From: Dehalococcoidia bacterium
Lineage (GTDB): Bacteria > Chloroflexota > Dehalococcoidia > Lucifugimonadales > JAGWBF01
Length of the DNA: 64,000 nt
NCBI GenBank assembly: GCA_965116325.1
Contig: OZ220675.1
Span: 316,235 to 380,234, forward strand
Direction of reading: 5' to 3'
Shown here: one piece after another, positions 1 through 10,286 of the stretch
Layout: every line of letters begins with the position of its first letter
Numbering within the stretch: position 1 is the stretch's first letter
Notes under the pieces: generated by a model
Database searches by the model: none
The model's input: the letters and a program-made list of their open reading frames with translations, nothing else
What the model was told of the DNA's origin: nothing
Made by a program: the position numbers and the translations under genes

Positions 1-189
1 TTCGGGACCACCACCATGACCGGCAACTACGCCATGATTGCCGAGGGCCTCGGCGCCGTGGGAATCGTCGTGACCCAGCCTAGTGAGATCGCCCCGGCCC
101 TGAGGCGCGCTCAAGCCCTCAATGCCGAGGGTAAGGGCGTACTCATAGACGTGCACTCCAATCTGGAAGGGCGACGTTCCAGCTTCTAA
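1..189 (+). CDS. ThDP-dependent enzyme, C-terminal fragment (truncated by window edge)
   Basis: Frame 1 reads ...GNYAMIAEGLGAVGIVVTQPSEIAPALRRAQALNAEGKGVLIDVHSN...*, a typical TPP_enzyme_C tail. Confidence 0.75.
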   Translation, partial: FGTTTMTGNYAMIAEGLGAVGIVVTQPSEIAPALRRAQALNAEGKGVLIDVHSNLEGRRSSF

Positions 190-237
190 AAGCCCGGTAT
201 TCGCTAACGCAAAATACTCTAGCCAGGAGAAGAAAAG

Positions 238-1653
238 ATGACCTCACAAGCCCAGGGAAACGCCGATCTGGTAATCCACAACGCCGATTTCGTGATCACC
301 GTTGATAAGGACCGCCGGATCATTCAAAACGGCTCCGTGGTGATAAAGGGGAACAGCATCAGCCGGGTGGTCAAGGCAAACGACGTCACCCAGGAAGAGC
401 TGGCCGGAAGGGTGATCGACGCCAGTGGCAAGATCGTCACTCCGGGCTTCATCGACACCCACATCCACACCACCAAGCAGTTCAACCGGGGCTTGGCCGA
501 TGATGTGGAGCTGAGGGACCATCTCCTGGCGAGGAACTTCCCCTTCGAAGCCGCTCTGGACGAGGAGGATGCCTACTGGAGCTCCATCGCCTGCACCACC
601 GAGATGATCCGATCGGGTACCACCTGTTTCATCGACGCCGGAAACCAGTTCCCCGACTGCTCAGCTAGGGCTATCGAGGAGACGGGCATCCGGGGAATCA
701 TCGCCCGCACGGCCTCGGACCTGGGAGGCAGCGTCCAGGGCCACCTGCCCGCTCAGCTGGTCACCGACTCCACTGAGGAGATGCTGACCTTGTCCACCCA
801 GACCGTCGAACGCTGGAACGGCAAGGCCGACGGTCGCATCCGCGCCTGGTTCCAGGTGCGCATCACCTACCTGGGCTCCGACACCCTCTGCCAGGAGATG
901 AAGCGCCTGGCCGACCAGCACAAGACTGGTATGGAGTCCCACTGCAGCTCATCCCTGGAGAACCGCAGCACAGCTTACCGGACCTTCGGAATGACCGAGC
1001 TGCGGCGCCTGGACAAGCTGGGCGTCCTGGGTCCCAACTTCATGGGGATTCACATGGGTTGGGTCGAAGAAGGGGATATGTACCTGCTGCCCAAATACGA
1101 TGTGAAGATCGCCCACTGCCCCGCCTCCAGCATGCACGCCGCCATGGGGTGCGACCTCAACGGCAAGATTCCCATGATGATGTCCATGGGTGTGACAGTC
1201 GGGCTGGGTTCCGACGCGGCACCGTCCAACAACTCCCTGGACATGATCCGCAACATGTACTGCGCGGGCATCCACAAGGAGATTCACCAGGACGCCCGCC
1301 TCATACCGGCGGAGAAGGCCCTGGAGATGGGCACCATTGACGGCGCCAGGGTTGCCCAGTGGGATGACGAGATCGGCTCCCTGGAAGCGGGCAAGAAGGC
1401 CGACCTGGTGCTGGTCAACGCCAACCAGGTGGAGATGCAGCCCATGTACAATCCCGTCTCCAACCTGATCTATAGCTGCCACGCCGGGCACGTGGACACC
1501 ACGATCGTGGATGGCAAGGTGCTCATGGAAGGCCGGCGGGTGCTGACCGTCAATGAGGACAAGCTGCTGGAGGAAACCCGCAGGCGCGGCGACCAGATCA
1601 CCACGCGTGCAGGCTTGGACCATGTCCGCCACTCCAGCTGGCCGCTGATCTAG
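238..1653 (+). CDS. Metal-dependent amidohydrolase, Atz/Trz/MtaD-like deaminase family
   Basis: PGFIDTHIH, HCPASS, GLGSD and GSLEAGKKAD motifs; AGGAG RBS. Confidence 0.9.
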   Translation: MTSQAQGNADLVIHNADFVITVDKDRRIIQNGSVVIKGNSISRVVKANDVTQEELAGRVIDASGKIVTPGFIDTHIHTTKQFNRGLADDVELRDHLLARNFPFEAALDEEDAYWSSIACTTEMIRSGTTCFIDAGNQFPDCSARAIEETGIRGIIARTASDLGGSVQGHLPAQLVTDSTEEMLTLSTQTVERWNGKADGRIRAWFQVRITYLGSDTLCQEMKRLADQHKTGMESHCSSSLENRSTAYRTFGMTELRRLDKLGVLGPNFMGIHMGWVEEGDMYLLPKYDVKIAHCPASSMHAAMGCDLNGKIPMMMSMGVTVGLGSDAAPSNNSLDMIRNMYCAGIHKEIHQDARLIPAEKALEMGTIDGARVAQWDDEIGSLEAGKKADLVLVNANQVEMQPMYNPVSNLIYSCHAGHVDTTIVDGKVLMEGRRVLTVNEDKLLEETRRRGDQITTRAGLDHVRHSSWPLI

Positions 1654-1696
1654 AGGAGCATAAATTCATTAGCCCGGATGCCCGGGAGTTACAGCA

Positions 1697-3303
1697 ATGC
1701 CTTATTCGCGTTTTGTGTCAGGCCTCGCCTCGGAACAAGTACAGGCTCTTCGAGAAAAGCTACATAGTATCCAGTCTGGGAATTGCTACATATGCCGAAG
1801 ACCCATTGATCTCCAGCTACACGAAGGGTCCTTGGATCTTGACCACATCGAGCCTCTGGCAGTGGGAGGCCGGGACACAGAAAATAATCTTGCAATCACC
1901 CATTCCAACTGTAACAGAAGCAAAGGGGCATCTGACCTTAGGGTGGCAAGATGCCTAGCAGAGCTTCTGTCTCTAGAGGAAGCGGCCAAAGAACGAGGAG
2001 ACCGAGGAGCCAACCTTGGCGATGTCCTCAGCAAGTATGGCGGTGCCCAAGCTCCGCTTCCGCTAAAACTGGAAGATTCCTTCGTGGAGTTCTCTTTTCC
2101 TCGCGCTGGGGACAATGGTATCCATACGTCACCACTCTACAATGACAAGCTGAGCGGTCTAGACTATTTTTTGCCCTAGTTCCTTTGCAATACGTCCATC
2201 ATGATGACGTGATTAACCCTCGATCCATAGGAACAAATGTGAGGGGCCTCATTGAAGAATTTCTTAAGGAACGCCCTCAGCTGCATGTCGGTCTCGCTTG
2301 GTGGACTCCAGACGATGAAAATGAGGAGGGTGGAATCCTTAAGCTGTTTGATGGGCAACACAAAGCCGCTGCCCAAATTCTTCTCGGAGCAACAGAACTC
2401 CCTGTGAGGGTGTTTGTAAGTCCGTCCGTTAATGTGTTGATTCAGGCAAATACAAACGCGGGCAGCACCCTGAGACAAGTCGCGTTCGACAAAGCAGTTA
2501 TGCGCCACTTAGGTAGTACGTTATATGGCGATAGGCTAAGACGATACCAAGGCATGCATGAGCTGTTGGACGATGACTTCTCCTTTAGCGAGCAGGATCT
2601 TGTCCTTCACTTCAAGGGTGAACGGCGCCAGATGCAGAGGTTCATTATTGATGCTCAGAGAAACGCGATCGTAAGGGATGGCGAAAACCGCCTGCTTGAG
2701 TTCATCGAGTGGTCTGGAAAGGGAACTGATCGTCCGATGGCTTACTCGACCGTTGATTCAGCATTCTTCCAATTGTTATGCCAACATCCCTTGAATTCAC
2801 CAATAGACCAGGGCACCGAGCGAGGGCTCGAACGACAACAAATGACCCGACTGATGAATGCGTTTGCCGATACCTTCTTTGTGGGGAAGTGGGACTTTGA
2901 TATCGGCGGCAGACGGCTCGAAAACAAAATCCAAAACGGAGATTTGTTCCCGCCTGAACATCTGCGTGCGTGGAGAATCTCACGAGAGGAAGTAGCAGTA
3001 ATCGTTCTTCGTTGGGTAAAGAGGGTGATTGACAACTACTATGCGGTAACCGGGAAGCTAGTTGAACCAGAGCGATTGTTGCTTGAAGAGTTTCCAGACT
3101 TGCTTTGGGACAACATTGAGCGGTTCTTGAGAAGGCTATCCGAACTTCCGTGCTGGACCAATCCTGAACTGAGCTCATCGGTGTTCGGGCCTAAACAGAA
3201 CCAGGACTACTGGAGGTCCGTCTTCGGGACAGGAAAGTCCCCTAGCGGAACCGTCATTCTCCCACGCGGGATTGATCTACACGAAATGATTTCGCCCGTT
3301 TAG
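1697..3303 (+). pseudogene. HNH endonuclease fused to a DGQH(R/K) ParB/DndB-like domain; split by a -1 frameshift at the T6 run 2167-2172
   Basis: 5' ORF has CYIC...DLDHIEPLAVGGRD...NL...HSNCNRSK; 3' ORF has LKLFDGQHKAAA; adding one T gives continuous ...LDYFFALVPLQYVHHD... (~535 aa). Confidence 0.7.
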
Positions 3304-3414
3304 ATTCCAAGCAAGTGTAAACGTCTTGGCGTCTGGCCGATATACGTGAGCAAGTAGTTCACTAACTTCAAGTTCGTAATTCCAGCGATACTCCTACGCC
3401 TCCCATTCCCCTGC

Positions 3415-4179
3415 CTACGTCAACGGGGCTACGCTGAAGACGACGCTGAAGGGCCAGCAGTAGATGATGACGCTGTTGTATTCGGCTGGGTCCACGTCGG
3501 CTGGGATGGGATAGTTCTGGTTCCCGCGGTTGCCTTTTAGCTTGTCCAGCAATATGTACCCGTCATCCCTGGCCTCGTGCCGGTCCATGGGGTCGGGATG
3601 GCGTGAGAGAAGCACCCGCAGGTCCGGACCGTTGGTGACGCTGAAGTCTTCCAGCCTGAGCAGGTGGGAGCCCTCGGGCCCTCGATAGATGGTGGCTGTG
3701 CCGCTTCCCCGGTGGAAGGCGTCGGCATCCCTGAAATTGCCCGACTTGAGAGCCGTCGCTTGCGAGTCTGCGTCGTCGCCGGACATCATCGCCGGCATGG
3801 CCTCTTCCGCCTCGGAAACGATCTCAGCCATGCCCGACATTACCATCTCCACATCTTCCATGCTCATGCCGGCAGGCACCTCTGCCGCAAAGGCAAAGGG
3901 GAACTCTTCCTCGACCGTCTTGTTTATGAAGAGAGGCGAGCCAAGGTCATAGCTTATGAAGCCGAATAGGACCAGCAGGGGGACACCGATGATCGTTACG
4001 GCCACCCGGTGGCGCATCACAAAGGCCCGCAGCACCAAGTGCCATCCCTTCTTGTAGGCGAAGGCGCCCGCGCCTGCCAGCACAACGACGATGCCCGCGA
4101 TTATGGGCCACCTGTAGGGAAATAGGTCCGCCGCCAGTCTTTCTATGTCCCCAAAGAACTCAGCCATTTGAGCCTCCAT
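3415..4179 (-). CDS. Membrane-anchored DM13 domain protein
   Basis: Two N-terminal hydrophobic segments; HRGSGTA...LRLEDF...NGPDL...LKGNRGNQNY...IYC DM13 pattern. Confidence 0.85.
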   Translation of the reverse strand: MEAQMAEFFGDIERLAADLFPYRWPIIAGIVVVLAGAGAFAYKKGWHLVLRAFVMRHRVAVTIIGVPLLVLFGFISYDLGSPLFINKTVEEEFPFAFAAEVPAGMSMEDVEMVMSGMAEIVSEAEEAMPAMMSGDDADSQATALKSGNFRDADAFHRGSGTATIYRGPEGSHLLRLEDFSVTNGPDLRVLLSRHPDPMDRHEARDDGYILLDKLKGNRGNQNYPIPADVDPAEYNSVIIYCWPFSVVFSVAPLT

Positions 4180-4374
4180 TTATGTCAAGACGACAGGATT
4201 CTTGTCTCACAGTTCCATCGCCAAGTGAATGATAACCCAACGGGCTGGAGTGGTCGATAATTGGGACCAATCGTCTACCATCTCCATTTGCGCAAAGCCT
4301 AGCGAGGGCTTATTATTGGGCAGGAATATAAACTCTACCCCACTTGCGGATGCCTTAACCAGGAGGAATCTCGG

Positions 4375-5913
4375 ATGTTCAAGCCCGTTCAGTTCCCGGA
4401 GCCCGTGGAGTCGATGGTCCGCTTTGTCGAGGAGACCGATCCTTCGGAGATCATAGAAGCTACCTTGGAGAAGCTCCGGGGTGGGACGCCGGCTATCGAC
4501 CTATTGCGAGCGGCCGGCTTGGCGGTGGTGCGCTCCACCGACCTGCCCCCCAACCACCACGGCGGGCCTGTGCATCCGGTTAGCGGCATCGTTGGTACCT
4601 ATAACATCTATCGCCGCCTCGACGGCGAGAGCGCTTACGTGCCGATTGTCCAGCACGTCACCCTTTGCAACAATCACGTGCACTCAGCCCAGATGGGTCC
4701 CTACATCATGCCCGAGATGGAGCCGCTGGAGAGTCACGGAGAGAAGATCGGCTCATATCACATGGGCGAGTCTGCGGAGCTGGGCTTCCGCAGCACAGCC
4801 CGGGAAGGCGATGCTATTGGCCTGACCGAGGAGGCCTTCCACAAGAGCCTGGAGGCCAGGTCGCCCTCCATTGCCCAGCAGTACTACGTGTGGCTCCTGA
4901 ACAACGTATCCCACGGGCAGGCGCTGGACATCCTCTTGCCCTCGGCTATCTCCCGCAACGCCATGGATGACCACTACTTCGTGTACCCGGTGTTCACCTT
5001 CCGCACCCTCGACCTAGTCGGCTGGGAGTGGGCACCCTACTTCTTGAGGCCTGTGGTGCGCTTCCTGGCCCGCCATCCCTACAGCATCGAAGTGGAGAGA
5101 CCTCTGCCCTTCAGCGCCATGGAAGAGATGGTGGACAAGTACGGACTGGATGACCGGGCGCTGCCCGTGGTCACCTCCTCCCGGGAGACGGAGATGATTG
5201 GCGCTCTGGCAGACCAGATAGGGCGCTCCAACAACTACTACGACACGCCAGGGATGATCGCCCAAGCCCTGGCCGACGGCATGTCCCTGGAGGGGGCTGG
5301 GGAAGCGCTGGCCTTCGGGGGCTCCAAGGCGTTCCTCCGGACCATCTACGGGAACCCCATGGATGCCCACATCCACACCGGCTCGACCAACAGGCGCTAC
5401 CTGCTGGGCCAGGAGGATGTGAGCCAGAGAAACAAGGTGCTGGCCTTGATGTCCGGCATAACCGGACCTGAGTGCGTGCTCGGAGTGAAGCTGGTGGACG
5501 AAGAGGTGGAGAACGCCTCCGACCGCATTCCCAACCCCACTCAGGAAAGCCTGCTTGAGGCCGTAGCTGAAAGCATAGAATCCCTCCCGGCCTCGGACTG
5601 GTCCAACCCCAATTTCAACAGCATGACCGCTCCCAGGGAGATCACCCGCACCATAGGTCTCGCCCGCCAGTACGCTGAGAAGCGGTACGACCCCCTTGCC
5701 TTCTTCAACCGTATGGCTGAACTGGTGTGCCGGGACGACTTCACCGAGCTCCACAGCATCAAGCACAACCAAGCCCTGTTCGAGGAGTTCTACGCGACCC
5801 GCGAGCCCTACCGGTGGGAGCACCTGGTGGCGGCCGCCAAGTCGGCAGCCATCATATATACGGGCAGGGAACAGAGCATCTACGATCGGACCAAGGTGCT
5901 GCTGAACGTGTAG
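4375..5913 (+). CDS. Conserved hypothetical helical protein with several His motifs
   Basis: 512-aa ORF, AGGAGG RBS, genome-like codon usage; family not recognised. Confidence 0.75.
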   Translation: MFKPVQFPEPVESMVRFVEETDPSEIIEATLEKLRGGTPAIDLLRAAGLAVVRSTDLPPNHHGGPVHPVSGIVGTYNIYRRLDGESAYVPIVQHVTLCNNHVHSAQMGPYIMPEMEPLESHGEKIGSYHMGESAELGFRSTAREGDAIGLTEEAFHKSLEARSPSIAQQYYVWLLNNVSHGQALDILLPSAISRNAMDDHYFVYPVFTFRTLDLVGWEWAPYFLRPVVRFLARHPYSIEVERPLPFSAMEEMVDKYGLDDRALPVVTSSRETEMIGALADQIGRSNNYYDTPGMIAQALADGMSLEGAGEALAFGGSKAFLRTIYGNPMDAHIHTGSTNRRYLLGQEDVSQRNKVLALMSGITGPECVLGVKLVDEEVENASDRIPNPTQESLLEAVAESIESLPASDWSNPNFNSMTAPREITRTIGLARQYAEKRYDPLAFFNRMAELVCRDDFTELHSIKHNQALFEEFYATREPYRWEHLVAAAKSAAIIYTGREQSIYDRTKVLLNV

Positions 5914-5924
5914 CCGAAGGTCGG

Positions 5925-6917
5925 CTAGCTGGGATCGATATCCCTGTGCGCCCATGTCTTCAGCAGGTGGTGGGCGATGGCTATGGGGCCCGGCACGGTA
6001 AGCTCGGTGCTCCGACCCTCCAAAGCCAGGAGCACCTCTTCGCGGGAGAACCAACGCACGTCGGCCATCTCCTCATCGTCCATGGCGATCTCCTGGCTAG
6101 CAGCCTCAGCATGGCACCCGATCATCAGGGATGATGGGAAGGGCCACGGCTGGGACGAGTGGTAACGGACGTTTCTGACCCGGATACCGGACTCTTCCAT
6201 GACCTCCCTGGCCACCGCTTCCTCTACGGACTCGCCCTGGTCCATGAATCCCGCCAACGCCGAGAAGCGGTTCCCCCGGAAAGCGGCCCTGTTCCGGGAC
6301 TGGCCGAGCAGGCACCGCTCCCCATCATGGACCACCACGATAACCACCGGGTCAGTGCGGGGGAAATGCTCGGAGCCACAGGCCGGGCAACGCCTGACGC
6401 CTCCTCCCCGACCCACCTCGGTCTTCTCGCCGCACACAGAGCAGAAGCCGTGACGGCTGTGCCACGCCACCTGGGACCTGGCTTGGGCAACCATGCCCGC
6501 TTCCAAGGCGCTGAGGTTCTCTCCGGCAGTCCGGGCATCTTGGAACTTCCACCCGCCGCTGTCGCATAGCTGGCTGGTCACAGCTTCCAGGCCGGAGACA
6601 TCCACCACGAAATGGGACCTTTCGGCATAGGTGCCCAGAAAGAAGATATTGTCTTGAATTCCCAGCCGGGTCTTCTCGTCGGAGGTGAGCCACCTCAGCT
6701 CGGGGCTCTCCCCATCGGACACGAGAATGTTCAGGTCGGAAACGGGTAGGAAGCGGCTTGCCGGGTGCTCCTCCTGCTCCTTGACCCACTGCTCATCCCT
6801 GCGTTCCCGCTCGCCCCTGTCCAGGGGGTTGCCTGCAAACCTGTGGGTCATCCTTCCGAGCATATCCTCCGCAGTCCCATCAGCCGACCATTCCAAATTG
6901 CCTACCTCCTGCGTCAC
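5925..6917 (-). CDS. nudC: NAD(+) diphosphatase (Nudix)
   Basis: Zn ribbon FCSVCG...CPACG, FPRTDP, Nudix box GESVEEAVAREVMEESG, SQPWPFPSS signature. Confidence 0.93.
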   Translation of the reverse strand: MTQEVGNLEWSADGTAEDMLGRMTHRFAGNPLDRGERERRDEQWVKEQEEHPASRFLPVSDLNILVSDGESPELRWLTSDEKTRLGIQDNIFFLGTYAERSHFVVDVSGLEAVTSQLCDSGGWKFQDARTAGENLSALEAGMVAQARSQVAWHSRHGFCSVCGEKTEVGRGGGVRRCPACGSEHFPRTDPVVIVVVHDGERCLLGQSRNRAAFRGNRFSALAGFMDQGESVEEAVAREVMEESGIRVRNVRYHSSQPWPFPSSLMIGCHAEAASQEIAMDDEEMADVRWFSREEVLLALEGRSTELTVPGPIAIAHHLLKTWAHRDIDPS

Positions 6918-7042
6918 CGTGGCTGTGAACCCAAGGGTACCCCCTGGGCCCAGTCCATGTTGTAGTAGCTCCCGGCCCGTGTTAGCCTGTTAGCCGGACC
7001 CTTCGTGCCTCAAGGATACCAGACCACCATACATCGGGGCAG

Positions 7043-8080
7043 TTGATGGAATCTTATACCCTGGGAATCGTCGATCAGTCACCTGTCCGCCAGGGAGGGA
7101 CGGTGCAACAGGCTCTACAGGAGTCGGTGGAGCTTGCCAAGATCGCGGAGAAACTGGGCTACAAGCGCTACTGGGTCGCTGAGCACCACAACGCCGGTCG
7201 ATTCGCCGGCACGGCACCGGAAATCCTCATCGGCCAGATCGCAGCCAACACCCAGACCATAAAGGTCGGCAGCGGCGGGGTGATGCTCCCCCACTACGCA
7301 GCTTTCAAGGTCGCTGAGACCTTCAGCATCCTCAACTCCTTCTTCCCAGACCGCATTGAGCTGGGTCTGGGTCGGGCCCCGGGCAGCGACCAGTCCACGG
7401 CGGTGGCCCTGGCCTACCCCAGGATGCCCATAGACCCCCAACACTTTCCCAGGCAGGTGTCCGATGTGCTGGGATTCTTAACCGGCACCCTGCCTGAGAA
7501 CCACCCATTTGCCAATGTTCAGAGCCAGCCCGGGCCGGCCCCAGAGTCCATCCCGGATGTCTGGCTCTTGGGTTCCAGCGACTACAGCGCCCAGCTAGCG
7601 GGAGTCATGGGCCTGCCCTTCTCCTTCGCCGAGTTCTTCGGCTTTACCGGAGGCCACGGTCCGCAGGTTGCCGACCTGTACCGGGAGCGCTTCCGCCCCT
7701 CCGAGTACCTGGAGCAACCCAAGGTGAATGTATCTGTCCAGGTCATATGCGCTGAAAACAAGGAGCGGGCTGAGTTTATAGCTACCAGCAGGAACCTATC
7801 CCGTTTGGACTCCCTTCAGGGAGACCGTAAGCCGTTGCCCCCTCCCGAGGAGGCTTCCCAGGTGAAGCTCCATCGCGTGGAGATAGAGCACCTCGCCAAA
7901 TACACCCAGCACGTCATCCAGGGCAACCCCGAAGAGGTGAAGCTGGGCATTGTCGATGCGGCCAAGCGGTACTCCACCACCGACATCAACATCGTTACCA
8001 ACTGCTATTACTTCGAGGACCGCGTCAGGTCCTACGAGCTGATCGCCGAGGCCTTCGACCTAGTCAACTCCAGCAACTAA
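7043..8080 (+). CDS. LLM-class flavin-dependent oxidoreductase (YhbW-like)
   Basis: RYWVAEHH, VGSGGVMLPHY, LGLGRAPG, WLLGSS. Confidence 0.92.
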   Translation: MMESYTLGIVDQSPVRQGGTVQQALQESVELAKIAEKLGYKRYWVAEHHNAGRFAGTAPEILIGQIAANTQTIKVGSGGVMLPHYAAFKVAETFSILNSFFPDRIELGLGRAPGSDQSTAVALAYPRMPIDPQHFPRQVSDVLGFLTGTLPENHPFANVQSQPGPAPESIPDVWLLGSSDYSAQLAGVMGLPFSFAEFFGFTGGHGPQVADLYRERFRPSEYLEQPKVNVSVQVICAENKERAEFIATSRNLSRLDSLQGDRKPLPPPEEASQVKLHRVEIEHLAKYTQHVIQGNPEEVKLGIVDAAKRYSTTDINIVTNCYYFEDRVRSYELIAEAFDLVNSSN

Positions 8081-8102
8081 ACAGTAAGAATTGGGAGGGT
8101 AC

Positions 8103-8534
8103 GTGGCTACAGGCAACACTAGTAGGTTGCAGATACGCACCAAGGACCTGGTTTTCATCGCGGAATGGGAAAGCGCGAGGGCTCCCAAATCGTGCGCAGC
8201 TGTAAAGGAGCTGCTACCCATCCGCCACTTCATCCAGCAGGCGCGCTGGAGCGGGGAGGCCGGATGGATACCCATCGACCACCTTGACCTGGACATCCAG
8301 TTCGAAAACCACACCATCTATCCATCCCGGGGAGACCTGCTGGTCTACCCGGGGTTCATCAACGTCAAGGAGATCCTGGTCCCCTACGGCCCCACGGCAT
8401 TCGGCAGCAAGATGGGCCTCTTGCCCGGCAACCACTTCGCTACCATCATCGAGGGACGAGACCAGTTGGAGGAGCTGGGCAGGCGGGTCTCCATGGAGGG
8501 CGCCCAGGATATAGAGCTGTCGGAAGCAAGCTAG
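8103..8534 (+). CDS. DUF3830 family (cyclophilin-like fold) protein
   Basis: RWSGEAGWIP, ENHT..PSRGD, EILVPYG, GNHFATI; GTG start after GGAGG. Confidence 0.8.
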   Translation: MATGNTSRLQIRTKDLVFIAEWESARAPKSCAAVKELLPIRHFIQQARWSGEAGWIPIDHLDLDIQFENHTIYPSRGDLLVYPGFINVKEILVPYGPTAFGSKMGLLPGNHFATIIEGRDQLEELGRRVSMEGAQDIELSEAS

Positions 8535-8555
8535 CGCTATCGCAGGAGGTACGCG

Positions 8556-9374
8556 ATGGACTTGGGACTGGCAAACAGGCACGCAGTAGTGGCCGGCGCC
8601 AGCAAGGGCATCGGCAAGGCCATAGCCATCCAGCTAGCCCAGGAGGGGGCTGACGTGGTGGTGGCATCCCGCACTATGGATGAGCTGGAGAAGACTGCCC
8701 AGGAGATCCAGGCCGAGACCGGCAGGAGGATTATCCCCTTAGCCTTCGACGCTACCAGTCGAGAGCAGGTGGATTCCATGATGGCCAAGGCGGCCGATGC
8801 CCTGGGAGGTATTCACATCTTGGTCAACAGCGCTTCTTACCCCGGCGGTTCCACCAATGCCACGGGACCCATCGACACCGTGGAAGATGAAGCCCTGCTG
8901 GCCGACTTCGACGTCAAGTACGTGGGCGCTCTCAGATGTTCCAGGGCGGCCATCCCGTTCATGAAGGAGCAGGGCTGGGGACGGATTGTCAACATCAGCG
9001 GGAACAACGCCCGAATCGCCGGCAACCTCAGCGGTGGGGCACGGAACGTCTCCCTGGTACATATGACCAAGACCCTCTCCACCCAGCTTGGCAGGTTCGG
9101 CATTACCGTGAACTGCATTCATCCGGGTACCACGCGCACCGAGCGCACCCCCGAAGCGCTGGCTGAGGAGGCCGCCAAGGCTGGAATCACGGCGGAAGAG
9201 GTGGAAGCACGGGACTATGCCCCCGGCGCGCCCCGGGGCAATTCTATCTGCCGGATGGTGGACGCATCGGAGGTTGCCTTCCTGGCCGCCTTCCTGGCAT
9301 CGGACAAGTCCTGGGCCATCACTGGGGAGGTAATCTCCGCCGGCGGCGGCACCGGCAACGCTGTGTTCTACTAA
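8556..9374 (+). CDS. Short-chain dehydrogenase/reductase
   Basis: GASKGIG Rossmann motif, WGRIVNIS, NCIHPG; canonical YxxxK not evident. Confidence 0.88.
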   Translation: MDLGLANRHAVVAGASKGIGKAIAIQLAQEGADVVVASRTMDELEKTAQEIQAETGRRIIPLAFDATSREQVDSMMAKAADALGGIHILVNSASYPGGSTNATGPIDTVEDEALLADFDVKYVGALRCSRAAIPFMKEQGWGRIVNISGNNARIAGNLSGGARNVSLVHMTKTLSTQLGRFGITVNCIHPGTTRTERTPEALAEEAAKAGITAEEVEARDYAPGAPRGNSICRMVDASEVAFLAAFLASDKSWAITGEVISAGGGTGNAVFY

Positions 9375-9434
9375 GGCATATAGGCGGCCCAGCCTGCATC
9401 CATCGAGCGAAATGAAATATCTGAAAGGAGCACC

Positions 9435-10286
9435 ATGACCGACACCGCTGCGCCCCAGGTAGTACCTACTCCGGCGGTCCAAGAATATGCCAAGACCTGC
9501 CTCGAGGGTGCCCAGGCTGCCCGGGAGAGCTTAAGGGTGGAGTTGGACATCGCCTTCGGCAGCGATGAGCGCCAGAAGCTGGACATTTACATGCCCGTGG
9601 AAGACGCGGCCAGCCCAATGCCCGTACTCATATTCCTGCATGGAGGCGGCTGGAGGCAGGGCAGCAAGGACTGGATGGGCTTCATGGCCCCTTCGGTGAC
9701 ATGTCTGCCGGCCATCTTCGTGTCGGTGGGTTACCGGCTGGCCCCCCAGACCAAGTACCCCGGCGCCGAGGATGACTGCAGGGCGGGTTTGGCGTGGGTG
9801 TACAACAACATCTCCCGTTACGGGGGCGACCCCGACCGAATATTTGTGGGCGGCCATTCGGCCGGCGGACACCTGGCAGCCATGCTGGCCCTGTGTCCCG
9901 ACAGGCTGGAGAGCTTCGGACTGCCATCCGATACGGTGAAGGGCTGCTTCGCCATGGCCGGCGTGTTCGACCTGGGAACGTCCAGGCCGGACTATGTGGA
10001 GAACTTCCTCCAGAACGTGGATGCTGAGACCATCGAGAAGGCCAGTCCCCTGAGGCAGGTGGCCGGCAACAAGGTTCCCTTCCACATATCCATCGGCGAG
10101 CATGATAATCCGCACCTCATCCCCCATGCCAGCCAGCTTACCGATGCCCTGCGAGCCGAAGGCAGCCCGGTGGAGTTTATGCGTTTCGATGGCTGCGACC
10201 ATCTGGCGATGAATCTGAAGGCGGGCGAAGTGGACGGCCAATGGGCAACGACCATCCGCCAATGGATGCAGTCTCCCCCGGTGTAG
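9435..10286 (+). CDS. Alpha/beta hydrolase (HSL / kynurenine formamidase-like)
   Basis: HGGGW oxyanion motif, GHSAGG nucleophile elbow, C-terminal DH. Confidence 0.9.
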   Translation: MTDTAAPQVVPTPAVQEYAKTCLEGAQAARESLRVELDIAFGSDERQKLDIYMPVEDAASPMPVLIFLHGGGWRQGSKDWMGFMAPSVTCLPAIFVSVGYRLAPQTKYPGAEDDCRAGLAWVYNNISRYGGDPDRIFVGGHSAGGHLAAMLALCPDRLESFGLPSDTVKGCFAMAGVFDLGTSRPDYVENFLQNVDAETIEKASPLRQVAGNKVPFHISIGEHDNPHLIPHASQLTDALRAEGSPVEFMRFDGCDHLAMNLKAGEVDGQWATTIRQWMQSPPV

